Of a stretch of 62,407 bases of DNA, positions 15,732-25,129 are shown one piece after another. The notes under the pieces were generated by a model. It was not told where the DNA came from, searched no databases, and saw only the letters and a program-made list of their open reading frames with translations. A program made the position numbers and the translations under genes. The DNA is from Candidatus Daviesbacteria bacterium (GTDB lineage Bacteria; Patescibacteriota; Microgenomatia; Daviesbacterales; UBA10151), in assembly GCA_003519445.1 (NCBI GenBank), contig DOWS01000046.1, positions 1 through 62,407 of the forward strand. The letters run 5' to 3'. Each line of letters starts with the position of its first letter. Positions within the stretch are counted from its first letter, which is position 1.

Positions 15732-18700
15732 AATACTCTGTTTAATTTTTTTTATGTTTATTCTGCCTCAAACAATTTTTGCACAGGGGTCTTCATTTGT
15801 ATCAATTGTTAATCCTGTAAGGGGAGCGGATTTTTGGGATTTAAAAAATCAGGAGCCTTGGATCATGGTTTTGGGCCAAATAGAAACTTTAAAAAAATAC
15901 AATTTTCCTGCAACCTTCCTTCTCCGTTTTGATGCTTTATCAGATGATGTGATTATGCGGGCGCTAAATAAGGACCAGAATTTTGAAAAAGGATTATTTT
16001 TGGAAGTAACCCCGACACTAACAAATGCGGCAGGGGTAAGTTATCACAAATCTGATAATTGGCATGGCGCCGGAAGCGCTTTTTTAACAGGTTATGAGCC
16101 AGGAGATAGAGTAAAACTGATAGACGCTGCTTTTAAAAAATTTAAAAAAATTTTTGGTGATTATCCAAAATCAATAGGGGCATGGTGGGTTGACAGTTAT
16201 TCTTTGGAATATATGCAAAAAGAATACGGCATCAGCGCTTCTTTAATTGTATCTGACCAATACTCAACAGATAATTATCAAATCTGGGGGCAGTATTTTT
16301 CTACGCCGTATTATCCCTCCAAAAAAAATGCTTTGCATCCTGCTCAAACAATTGAAAATAAGATGTCGGTTGTAATGATGCAATGGGCCCCAAGAGACCC
16401 TGTTAATTCTTATGGAAACGGAGTTATGGAGAGTACTTATAGCGTTCAGGCAAATGATTATATTGATTATCACAATTTGGATACAAAGTATTTTACGAAT
16501 CTCTTAAATCTTTACACTAATCAGCCGCTTAATCAATTTAGTCATCTTGTGGTGGGATTGGAGAATTCTTATTCTTGGGAAAAATATAAAGCAGAATACA
16601 GTAATCAAATAGAAGCTTTATCAAAAAAGAAAAATATTGGAGAAGTATCTGTTGTTACCATGAAAGATTTTGCCTCCTGGTATAAAAACAGATTTCCCGG
16701 GCTTTCACTTCCTCAAATCATAGTAGCAGATGATCCTTTGGGATCTTTAAATAAAACAATTTGGTTTATGAACCCGTATTTTAGGGCAGGATGGTTTTTC
16801 AACAAGGATGGTTCCCTGTTTAGGGATATCAGGCAATATATTGACGGGGAACAAGAGCTATGTTTTCAAAGCCGCTGCGACAGCGTTAATTTTGCAACAA
16901 ATGCCACCAGGGTTTTGGATGAGGTAAGCTTCGGGCATAAATGGGTAATTGATGAGGGTAAAATTTCAGATTTTAAAGTTATAAAACAAGGGGATAATTT
17001 TGTTATTAATTATAAAAATGAGGCAGGTAATGCAAGGAAAATAGAATTTTTACCAAGGGATATTAGTATAGACGGGAAAATTTCATCTATTGACGGGGCA
17101 ATACTTGAGGCAACAAAACATCAACTAAACCAAAAAGAGCGGATTGATTTGAAAAAAGGTTGGTTTGAATGGTCTGCTCAAAGCATTGCTGCTAAAATCA
17201 TTAAATTTCTAATATTTATAATAATCGGTTGTTTGGTGCCGGGATTATTAATGATAAAAAAAGTGTTCTCCCAAGAGACACCTTTTTGGAAAAAAATTTC
17301 CCTAGCACTACCTTTAGGGTTTGTCCTGATTACCTTATTATTTTATCTTCTTTCTCTTGTTGATTTTAGACAGGGGATTTTCATTTACTTAATTTTTAAT
17401 CTTTTATTGCTGATAAAATCCAGGAAACAAATTTTTTCTGATTTTTCTTTAAAAATTAAGGATAAATACAGTTTTATTTTAATAGGCTTAATTGGAACAG
17501 GGACTATATTTCAACAACTGCCTGTATTTAAAAGCGGTCTTCATTTTCCCTATGGACTGGGTTTTTGGGGACCAAATACGCATGATGGAATATGGCATAT
17601 CAGTTTAATCAATCAGCTTGTTAAATCTACCCCGCCTGAAAATCCCATTTTTGCCAGAGAAGTTTTAACGAATTACCACTTTTTTTATGACTTATTTGTG
17701 GCTTTAACAAATTATGTATCAGCTATTCCTGTTGCTGATTTGCTGTTTAGATTTTACCCAATTATTTTTTCCCTGCTTTTGGGGATTTTGACTTACTTTT
17801 TGATTAATCTTTTGGTTACTGAAAAAAATCTTTGGAAGAAAAGATTAGCTTGTTTTTTTGGCATTTACCTGGTTTATTTTTCAGGAAGCTTTGGATGGAT
17901 AGTGGAGTTTATAAAGGTTAGGCATTTAGGCGGGGAATCTGCTTTTTGGGCAAATCAATCAATATCATTTAATTTAAATCCTCCATTTGCCATATCACTC
18001 CTTATTGTTATTGCCATACTCCAACTTTTGCCAAATCTTAAAAATAAATTATCCATTTTAATAATAACTATTCTTGCGGGAAGCCTAATTGCTTTTAAGG
18101 CATATCCGGCAATTTTAATTTTATTTTCTCTTGCAATAGTCGGAATCCTTAAAAAAAACAGACAATATATATTGGTATTTCTTTTTAGCGCTTTTTTATC
18201 CCTAATACTATTTCTTTTTAATTTTAGTGTTGATAAACAATTGATAATTTTTTCTCCTTTTTGGTTTATTCATTCCATGGTTGATTCGCCGGATCGGGTG
18301 GGGTGGGTTAGGTTATCTTTGGCAAGGGTGGCTGGATGGGAGAGCGGTAACTGGTTTAAATTTTTAACAGCAGAATTAATTAGTCTGGTGATTTTTATAT
18401 TGGGTAATTTGGGAACAAGGGTCTTTGCCCTACTCTATCTCCGTAAAATGAAACATATTGTGCGACATACAAATTATTTATTTCTATTTGTCTTTTCTCT
18501 CCTTTCATTAATTATTCCTGTTTTCTTTATTCAATCAGGAAATCCCTGGAATACAATCCAGTTTATTTATTACGGATTATATATATCAGCTGTGGCAGGA
18601 GGGATAATTTTTGCCCAAGTCATTAGCAGTATAAATAAAATTTTAGCATTAGTTTTTGCAGTATTATTTTTGCTCATTACTCCGATAAATTCCTGGGCCA

Positions 18701-19137
18701 CTGCTAATGGATATTTAAACTATCAGCCTCATGCTTTGGTAACCAATGAAGAATTAGAGGCGTTAAACTTTTTGAAAACTAAAGAGGACGGAGTGGTTTT
18801 AACTTATCCTTATGATCAAAAATTAAAGACTCAAATGGCCGAACCCTGGCCTATTTTAATATACGACAGCACCTCTTATGTGTCGGCATTGTCCGGTAAA
18901 GTTATCTTTGTTGAAGATGAACCGCAAAATCAAATTCTTTTGACAGATTATAAAAAAAGAATAGTGGCGGCAAAAGATTTTTTTAACGGATCTTTTGACA
19001 TTAATTTTTTATTAAATAACAATATAAAATATATTTACCTGCCAAAAATATATAATGCGTGGATTAAAGAAAACCCGGAGGTTATTAAAAATATATTTGA
19101 AAATGAGGAAGTGGTGATATATGAAGCAAATTTTTAA
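15724..19137 (+). CDS. large tripartite envelope protein: signal peptide + extracytoplasmic domain 'A' + polytopic domain 'B' + C-terminal soluble domain 'C' (function unknown)
   Basis: 1137 aa. Domain A (about 15.78-17.16 kb) is paralogous to the N-terminus of 43038..45056. Domains B and C (about 17.17-19.14 kb) are paralogous to 21507..23522. Confidence 0.8.
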   Translation: MLKILCLIFFMFILPQTIFAQGSSFVSIVNPVRGADFWDLKNQEPWIMVLGQIETLKKYNFPATFLLRFDALSDDVIMRALNKDQNFEKGLFLEVTPTLTNAAGVSYHKSDNWHGAGSAFLTGYEPGDRVKLIDAAFKKFKKIFGDYPKSIGAWWVDSYSLEYMQKEYGISASLIVSDQYSTDNYQIWGQYFSTPYYPSKKNALHPAQTIENKMSVVMMQWAPRDPVNSYGNGVMESTYSVQANDYIDYHNLDTKYFTNLLNLYTNQPLNQFSHLVVGLENSYSWEKYKAEYSNQIEALSKKKNIGEVSVVTMKDFASWYKNRFPGLSLPQIIVADDPLGSLNKTIWFMNPYFRAGWFFNKDGSLFRDIRQYIDGEQELCFQSRCDSVNFATNATRVLDEVSFGHKWVIDEGKISDFKVIKQGDNFVINYKNEAGNARKIEFLPRDISIDGKISSIDGAILEATKHQLNQKERIDLKKGWFEWSAQSIAAKIIKFLIFIIIGCLVPGLLMIKKVFSQETPFWKKISLALPLGFVLITLLFYLLSLVDFRQGIFIYLIFNLLLLIKSRKQIFSDFSLKIKDKYSFILIGLIGTGTIFQQLPVFKSGLHFPYGLGFWGPNTHDGIWHISLINQLVKSTPPENPIFAREVLTNYHFFYDLFVALTNYVSAIPVADLLFRFYPIIFSLLLGILTYFLINLLVTEKNLWKKRLACFFGIYLVYFSGSFGWIVEFIKVRHLGGESAFWANQSISFNLNPPFAISLLIVIAILQLLPNLKNKLSILIITILAGSLIAFKAYPAILILFSLAIVGILKKNRQYILVFLFSAFLSLILFLFNFSVDKQLIIFSPFWFIHSMVDSPDRVGWVRLSLARVAGWESGNWFKFLTAELISLVIFILGNLGTRVFALLYLRKMKHIVRHTNYLFLFVFSLLSLIIPVFFIQSGNPWNTIQFIYYGLYISAVAGGIIFAQVISSINKILALVFAVLFLLITPINSWATANGYLNYQPHALVTNEELEALNFLKTKEDGVVLTYPYDQKLKTQMAEPWPILIYDSTSYVSALSGKVIFVEDEPQNQILLTDYKKRIVAAKDFFNGSFDINFLLNNNIKYIYLPKIYNAWIKENPEVIKNIFENEEVVIYEANF

Positions 19138-20065
19138 GAACCAATTTTTATTGGCTATTATCGCTTATCTTTTTATTGTTGGAGTTATTACGGCTTTTGT
19201 TTTTGGTTTCCTTCAGAAGATTAAGCTTGCAAATTTAGCAGAACAAGAAAAACTCTCAATTTATCAAAACCTGAAAATTAAAGACCAACAATTTGAGCAG
19301 AGCTTTCAAAAGGTGACTTGTGACGGCAATTTATTTTTTCAAGCAGGGGCTTCTGTAACAGCAATCTATATTAGTCAAAAACATCTTTATTTATCTCAAG
19401 TAGACAATAAGCTAACAGTAATTAACTTAGATGCCCCGGAAAAAATTGTAAGTTTTGCATTGCCTGTTTTAACGGATATTTATTCTGATGGCACTGATAT
19501 TTATGGTACGGATTTCTTTAATGATAAAGTTGTCCGGCTTATTTTTGAAAAAGGAGAAGTTGTTGCCGGAAAGTATTATCCTAAAATTGGCCGGGCCTCG
19601 GCTTTAGCACGGGACGCCAGGGGTTATTTTTATGTTTCCGGTTATGCCTCGGGGAATACCACCAAAATTATCGGTAGAGACGGTTTTCTTTTCCTTTCAG
19701 GATTGGATAAAATTGTTGATTTGGAAGCAAGCGGTAGTAGTTATTTATTGGCGGCCCGCTACGGCAGTAAACCAACGCTTATTAGTATAGATTTAAACGG
19801 CAATAAACAAACTATTCTTGAACAAAACAAAAGTATTTCATCGCTTTTTCTTGACAATGACATCTTCTGGGTGGCATACAATCAGGCCGGCCAGTCCCAA
19901 ATTGGCAAAGTGATTGGAGAAAAACTGGTAAATATACAGGTTTTAGATTGCCCGTTTCCTTTAAAAATCGCTGCTTCGCCGGACAAATTGTTTTATACTT
20001 CGTTAAGCGACAGCGAGGGGAAGGTTTACTGGATTAATAAGAACCTCCAAAGCAGTGGTATATAA
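19121..20065 (+). CDS. membrane-anchored hypothetical protein (possible beta-propeller ectodomain)
   Basis: 314 aa with one N-terminal TM helix (LLAIIAYLFIVGVITAFVFGF), followed by repetitive beta-strand-like segments. No motif was recognised. Confidence 0.45.
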   Translation: MKQIFKNQFLLAIIAYLFIVGVITAFVFGFLQKIKLANLAEQEKLSIYQNLKIKDQQFEQSFQKVTCDGNLFFQAGASVTAIYISQKHLYLSQVDNKLTVINLDAPEKIVSFALPVLTDIYSDGTDIYGTDFFNDKVVRLIFEKGEVVAGKYYPKIGRASALARDARGYFYVSGYASGNTTKIIGRDGFLFLSGLDKIVDLEASGSSYLLAARYGSKPTLISIDLNGNKQTILEQNKSISSLFLDNDIFWVAYNQAGQSQIGKVIGEKLVNIQVLDCPFPLKIAASPDKLFYTSLSDSEGKVYWINKNLQSSGI

Positions 20066-21480
20066 GCATTGCTGAAAAATGTCCCAGATCCCAAGGGGAA
20101 AGATTTTGATTCGCTGGCTATTGGAAAAGCCGAATAAATTGCCTGGGTATTTAAGAAAAAGCCCATGATAATTACGCCCACAAGGACTATCTTTGTTAGT
20201 TTCTGAAAAATAGGTTTTTTGAAGAGGAAATAGAGTATTGCAGGAGAGATTAGCGTAGTAATGATAAGGCGGAATTTTACAGGTTCTATTTGAGGTTTGA
20301 ATTCGTTTGAAAGGAAAGACCTGCCGGACAGGAGAAGACCAACGGCTAAAATAGTTGTAATTAGATTTGGTTGTTTGATGATTTCAGAAAGTAAGAGCGC
20401 CGCGGCGATCGAGAGGAAAGGGAACAAAGGATAATGATACCAAAGCAAAGTATCAGTCTGGCCGCCGGAAAAAACAACCACCATTGCCCAAAAAATAAAA
20501 GCCAGAGATATTAATTGAAACCGTTTGTCGTTAAATTTTGCAATGCCCAAGTAAATTGCGGCAAAAAGAGAAAAGATATACCAGCCGTCATAGAAAAAAT
20601 CTATACTGTAACCGGGGCTGCTTAAAAGAAAAGGCAACCCCAAAAAACCAATCGGCCTGTTGCCTTGCTGCAAATTAATTTGGAGAAATAAATTCCAGTC
20701 AACAGCTGCGCCGTAAGCAAAAAGTATTCCAACAAACCAACCAACCCCCAATAAAACAAAAACAGCTTCTTTCCATAATTTATTTTTGATCAAAAGAAAG
20801 ATAATAAAAAAAACAATCAAGAATCCGGTTTGTTTCATTAACCCGGCTAAACCAATGAGAATTGGCATAAATGACAGCAGATACCACTTTTGTTTTTCAA
20901 GATAGAGAATAGTCAAATAAATAACCAAAATATAAAAAAAGGTAATGCCGTTTTCCGCCACAGAGAGCCGTTGACTGAAAACAAAAAGCGGCGCGAGAGA
21001 GTAAATGGTTGTAGATAGCATTGCCATCCAAAAACCAAAGAGCTTTTTGGTTAGCAAAAAGAGAATTATAGTGGTTAAAAAGGCAAAAAATAAGGTAGGC
21101 AAGCGGATATAGGAGGCTGGTAAAATTGACCATTTATTAGCTCCGTAAAGATGAGCCGCGCCTCCTGACAAAAGGCCGTAAAGCGGCGGTAAATCAAGCC
21201 AAGGAGAGAGAATGTCAACGCTTAATTCCGCATTATAATCTTTTATTTTGCCGCTGAAGGCAATATCCTGAACAGGGAATTTACCTGTTGGAGACCAGGT
21301 TCGGGGAATGCCGGTTTCGATTAAATGAATTCCCATCCAGGAATAAGCATATTCTTCAAGATGACCCATTAAGGGATAACGGTCATAATTAACGCTTTTG
21401 ATGGTAAAGAAAAAGGTGAAAGCTACAAAAACAAGTAAACAGCGGAACACTAATGAATTATGCATAGATTTTAGGGTCAT
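20026..21480 (-). CDS. GT-C membrane glycosyltransferase, GT39/ArnT-like
   Basis: 484 aa and polytopic, with the first-loop acidic motif GHLEEYAYSWMGIHL. It is the only minus-strand gene between 9.4 and 47.2 kb. Confidence 0.7.
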   Translation of the reverse strand: MTLKSMHNSLVFRCLLVFVAFTFFFTIKSVNYDRYPLMGHLEEYAYSWMGIHLIETGIPRTWSPTGKFPVQDIAFSGKIKDYNAELSVDILSPWLDLPPLYGLLSGGAAHLYGANKWSILPASYIRLPTLFFAFLTTIILFLLTKKLFGFWMAMLSTTIYSLAPLFVFSQRLSVAENGITFFYILVIYLTILYLEKQKWYLLSFMPILIGLAGLMKQTGFLIVFFIIFLLIKNKLWKEAVFVLLGVGWFVGILFAYGAAVDWNLFLQINLQQGNRPIGFLGLPFLLSSPGYSIDFFYDGWYIFSLFAAIYLGIAKFNDKRFQLISLAFIFWAMVVVFSGGQTDTLLWYHYPLFPFLSIAAALLLSEIIKQPNLITTILAVGLLLSGRSFLSNEFKPQIEPVKFRLIITTLISPAILYFLFKKPIFQKLTKIVLVGVIIMGFFLNTQAIYSAFPIASESKSFPLGSGTFFSNAYIPLLWRFLLIQ

Positions 21481-21506
21481 TTCTATAGTAAGCTTAAGAC
21501 ATAATT

Positions 21507-23522
21507 ATGTTAATAGCAAACACTTTTCTTTTTGGCATTTTTTTCTTAATTCTTGCGTTGTTTATTTTTTATAACACCGGTTACGGTGTATTATCTTCTA
21601 AAATAAAAGAGCTTGAGGATCAGGAAATAATAGTTTTGGCTTTTTCTTTGGGGCTGGTTATTTTTGTGGGAATTGCTGTTTTTCTGGGGGTTTTTAATTT
21701 AAGATGGCTTCTTTTGCCGGTTTTTCTGGCAACCGGATTTTATAGTTTGATTAAATATAAAGAAAAATTATTTGTTCCATGGAGAATATTTATCCGGTGT
21801 AAGTCCTTACTGTTGTTGATTATTTTAGGTATTTTAGTCCAGGGATTTATCAATTTCCCGAGCGGATTTCACTACTCCGAAGGACTGCTTTTTTGGAGTT
21901 CCCAAGGCCACGACGGATTATGGCATGTGAGTTTAATGGAAGAGATTAGAAAAAATTTTCCTCCGCAAAACCCCATTTTTTCAGGAGAAAAGCTTTTAAA
22001 TTATCATTTTTTGGTTGATGTTTTAATGGGGGAAACATACCGGATTTTCCCGTTTTTTTCTCCGCTGGACCTGTATTTTAGGTTCTTTCCAATAATTTTT
22101 TCTTTCCTTTTCGGCCTTGGAGTTTTCTCATTTGTTAAAAGATGGCAAGAGAGTCAAGCTGTAGGTTACTTGGCAATATTTTTTACATATTTTACAGGCA
22201 GCTTTGGCTATTTTGTAACTTTTTTCAGGAATAAAAATTTATTTGGAGGCGAAACGGTTTTTTGGGCTTCTCAAGAAAATACTTTATTAGGGAATCCCCC
22301 GCATGCCATTGCCCATATTTTTCTGGTTGGAATACTGTTTTGTCTGTTGCTGTATTTTCAAAAAAGGCGGATATTCTGGTTAGTTATTTCATTTATTTTA
22401 GGAGGTTTACTGGCCGGTTTTAAGGTTTCCGGAGGGTTGATTATGCTAGTGAGTGTGGGAGCTGCCGCGATAGTAGACCTGTCTTTTTTAAGGAAATGGC
22501 ATTTAATCCTGCTTACCGTAGCATTGGGGACTGCTAACTTTATAACTTTTAAAGCCATGACTTCACAAGAAGCAGCCTCGTTTTTAATGTTTTTGCCATG
22601 GTGGTTTATAAGAACCATGGTGGTGGATAAGCTGGGTTGGATGGATATGGAATTTAGAAGACAACACTATCTTTCCAAAGGAACATGGCATGCTTATTTA
22701 AGAGTTGCGCAGTTAGAAACAACGGCTTTTCTGATATTTATAGTAGGAAATTTTGGAATGAGAGTATTGGGGTTTTACAGTATTGCAAAAGACGGATTTA
22801 AGAAAAAACTTATCAGGAGTCCTATTGACGCAATGCTTTTTGCGTCGCTTCTTACGGGAATTTTAATGGTGACTATTTTTGTGCAAAAAGGGCTTATCTA
22901 CAACAACATCCAATTTATTCAGTATTCTTTGCTTATCATGGGTTTTTATGCCGCAGTGTCGGCTTACCAGATGATTATTTTGTTTAAAAAAAAGTTAATA
23001 AGGGTGATTATTTTGTTAATGATAGTTTTGTTTTCAGTGCCAACAGTGATAGGAAATTTAAATGAGTTTTACGGGCCCGGCAGGAAACCCCTGGCTATTA
23101 TCAGCAATCAACAGATGGAAGCGTTAAATTTTCTAAGAACAAACAGCCAACCGCAGGATATTATTTTAACAATTCCATTTAATAAATATTTAAAAGATCA
23201 ATATAAGAGCGAACCAAGGCCAATAAATGCCTGGTATTCTACCGCCTATGTTTCTGCTCTTACCGGAAGAAGCACATATTTTACTTCGGAGGAGCAGGCA
23301 TTAATCACAGGTTATCCTGTTGATAAAAAGTTGGCTAGGGTAAAAGAGTTTTTTGCGCAGACGGATTTTTCCTTTAATAAAAAATTCCTGCAAGAAGAAG
23401 GAATAAAATATCTATATATTGCCAAGGATGAGTTGGATAAATTGATAAATGTTCAGGAAAATAATCTGGAAATTATGTTTGAAAATAAAGAAGTAATAGT
23501 ATATAGAATAATAAACGGGTAA
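21507..23522 (+). CDS. polytopic membrane protein, domains 'B'+'C' (paralogue of the C-terminal 650 aa of 15724..19137)
   Basis: 671 aa. Shared blocks include FW..GHDG(L/I)WH(V/I)SL....PP(Q/E)NPIF.....L.NYHF, GSFG(Y/W)..., (E)(S/T).FWA.Q and the C-terminal (E/M)EALNFL(R/K)T...IKY(L/I)Y(I/L). Confidence 0.75.
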   Translation: MLIANTFLFGIFFLILALFIFYNTGYGVLSSKIKELEDQEIIVLAFSLGLVIFVGIAVFLGVFNLRWLLLPVFLATGFYSLIKYKEKLFVPWRIFIRCKSLLLLIILGILVQGFINFPSGFHYSEGLLFWSSQGHDGLWHVSLMEEIRKNFPPQNPIFSGEKLLNYHFLVDVLMGETYRIFPFFSPLDLYFRFFPIIFSFLFGLGVFSFVKRWQESQAVGYLAIFFTYFTGSFGYFVTFFRNKNLFGGETVFWASQENTLLGNPPHAIAHIFLVGILFCLLLYFQKRRIFWLVISFILGGLLAGFKVSGGLIMLVSVGAAAIVDLSFLRKWHLILLTVALGTANFITFKAMTSQEAASFLMFLPWWFIRTMVVDKLGWMDMEFRRQHYLSKGTWHAYLRVAQLETTAFLIFIVGNFGMRVLGFYSIAKDGFKKKLIRSPIDAMLFASLLTGILMVTIFVQKGLIYNNIQFIQYSLLIMGFYAAVSAYQMIILFKKKLIRVIILLMIVLFSVPTVIGNLNEFYGPGRKPLAIISNQQMEALNFLRTNSQPQDIILTIPFNKYLKDQYKSEPRPINAWYSTAYVSALTGRSTYFTSEEQALITGYPVDKKLARVKEFFAQTDFSFNKKFLQEEGIKYLYIAKDELDKLINVQENNLEIMFENKEVIVYRIING

Positions 23523-23527
23523 AATTT

Positions 23528-25129
23528 ATGCAAACTAAAATTATTGTAACAGTTATTTTGATTTTGGGTTTTCTGCTGCGGGTTATAAACATTTCCAACA
23601 ACCCGCTTTCCCTTTATGGCGATGAACTGACAATTGTCCAGGATGCTTATTCTCTCTATAAAACAGGATCCGATCAACTGGGCAACAGGTTTCCTTTAAC
23701 TTTTCAAATGGGTGCCGGCAGACCGGCAGGTTATGTTTATGCATCCATTCCATTTGTTGCGTTCTTTGGTCCAACTGCTCTGGCTGTAAGAATGCTATCA
23801 ATTCTGTCAGGGTTAGGGATTATAGCATTGATTTATCTTTTGGGTAAAAGACTATTTTCGCAAAAAGTAGGTCTTTGCGCAGCATTTATAGCAGCAGTTT
23901 CACCTTGGGATATTGCTTTAAGCAGAGGAGGATTTGAAGCTCATTTTGCTTTGTTTTTGGTACTCTTGGGAACATATTTTTTCATCAAAGCAAAAGAAAA
24001 TACTTTATTTTATTTAATTTCTGCTTTAAGTTTTGGATTAACCTTGCACACTTATCCAACATATAAAATAAGCCTTGTTTTATTTCTGCCGCTTTTGCTT
24101 TGGTATCAAGGCGGCGCAGGTAAAAAGCATTTTTTTGCCGGAATGGTTGTCTTTTTCCTGTTAGGCATTTTAGCTTTTAGTCAAACCTTCATTGGCGGAT
24201 CAGAAGTAAGATTTTCCGCGATCAATGTTTTTTCTCAAGAAAAATTAAAAGAAGAAATCCTGCAAAAGATTAACTTTGAAAGAACTATTAGTTCTTTGCC
24301 TGCAAACCTGGTTCCGTATTTTCACAACAAACCGGTGGAGTATGCAAAAGTTTTGATAGGTAATTATTTACAAAATTTTTCCATGGATTTTTTAATTTTA
24401 CATGGGGATAGAAACCCGAGACACAATATGGCGACCATGGGTGAAATTTATTTCGTGGAAATAATTTTTATTTTTATAGGATTACTAACGCTTTGGCAAA
24501 AAAATAGAAAAATATTTGTTTTTATTGTTTCCTGGTTGGTATTGGCGCCTATTCCTACGGCCATTGTGGATTTGCCGCACGCCTTGAGGAGCTCTTTCAT
24601 GCTGCCTCCGCTGGTGATTATTTCCGCCATTGGGCTGAATTTTTTAATAAATAAAAAAATGCAAATTATTCTTGCGGTTTTATTTTTTGTATTTATAATA
24701 CAGTTTGCATTCTTTATTCAAAAATTATATTTTCTAGCCCCAAGTGAATATAGCAATTTTTGGTCATACTCCGCAAAAGTTGCATCAGGGTTGGCAATGC
24801 AGGGCCAATCAAAATATAAATATATTTTTCTTTCAGATGCAATAGACAGCATTGAATTTGCCTATCCTGTTTATAGTAAAGTTGACCCTGCACAAGTTAT
24901 TCTTCAAAATAAAGATAATATAAAAATAGGCAATTACAAATTTAAGAAATTTGATAATGTTTACATTGGCCATATTCCAAAAGGAGACATCAATCAGTTT
25001 GTTGAAAATTTGGATGGAACGGTTTTATTTATAGGCAATCCCGATTTAAAAGATGCCATAAGAAATTACGAGACTATCCTAGATCAAAAAGGACTGTCGA
25101 TTTTAGCAATTAAAAAAGTATACAAGTGA
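23528..25129 (+). CDS. GT-C glycosyltransferase, GT39/PMT_2-like (paralogue family 1 of 6)
   Basis: 533 aa with YGDELTIVQDAYSL..GSDQLGNRFPL, ISPWDIALSRGGFEA and PHALRSSFMLPP motifs. Confidence 0.8.
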   Translation: MQTKIIVTVILILGFLLRVINISNNPLSLYGDELTIVQDAYSLYKTGSDQLGNRFPLTFQMGAGRPAGYVYASIPFVAFFGPTALAVRMLSILSGLGIIALIYLLGKRLFSQKVGLCAAFIAAVSPWDIALSRGGFEAHFALFLVLLGTYFFIKAKENTLFYLISALSFGLTLHTYPTYKISLVLFLPLLLWYQGGAGKKHFFAGMVVFFLLGILAFSQTFIGGSEVRFSAINVFSQEKLKEEILQKINFERTISSLPANLVPYFHNKPVEYAKVLIGNYLQNFSMDFLILHGDRNPRHNMATMGEIYFVEIIFIFIGLLTLWQKNRKIFVFIVSWLVLAPIPTAIVDLPHALRSSFMLPPLVIISAIGLNFLINKKMQIILAVLFFVFIIQFAFFIQKLYFLAPSEYSNFWSYSAKVASGLAMQGQSKYKYIFLSDAIDSIEFAYPVYSKVDPAQVILQNKDNIKIGNYKFKKFDNVYIGHIPKGDINQFVENLDGTVLFIGNPDLKDAIRNYETILDQKGLSILAIKKVYK

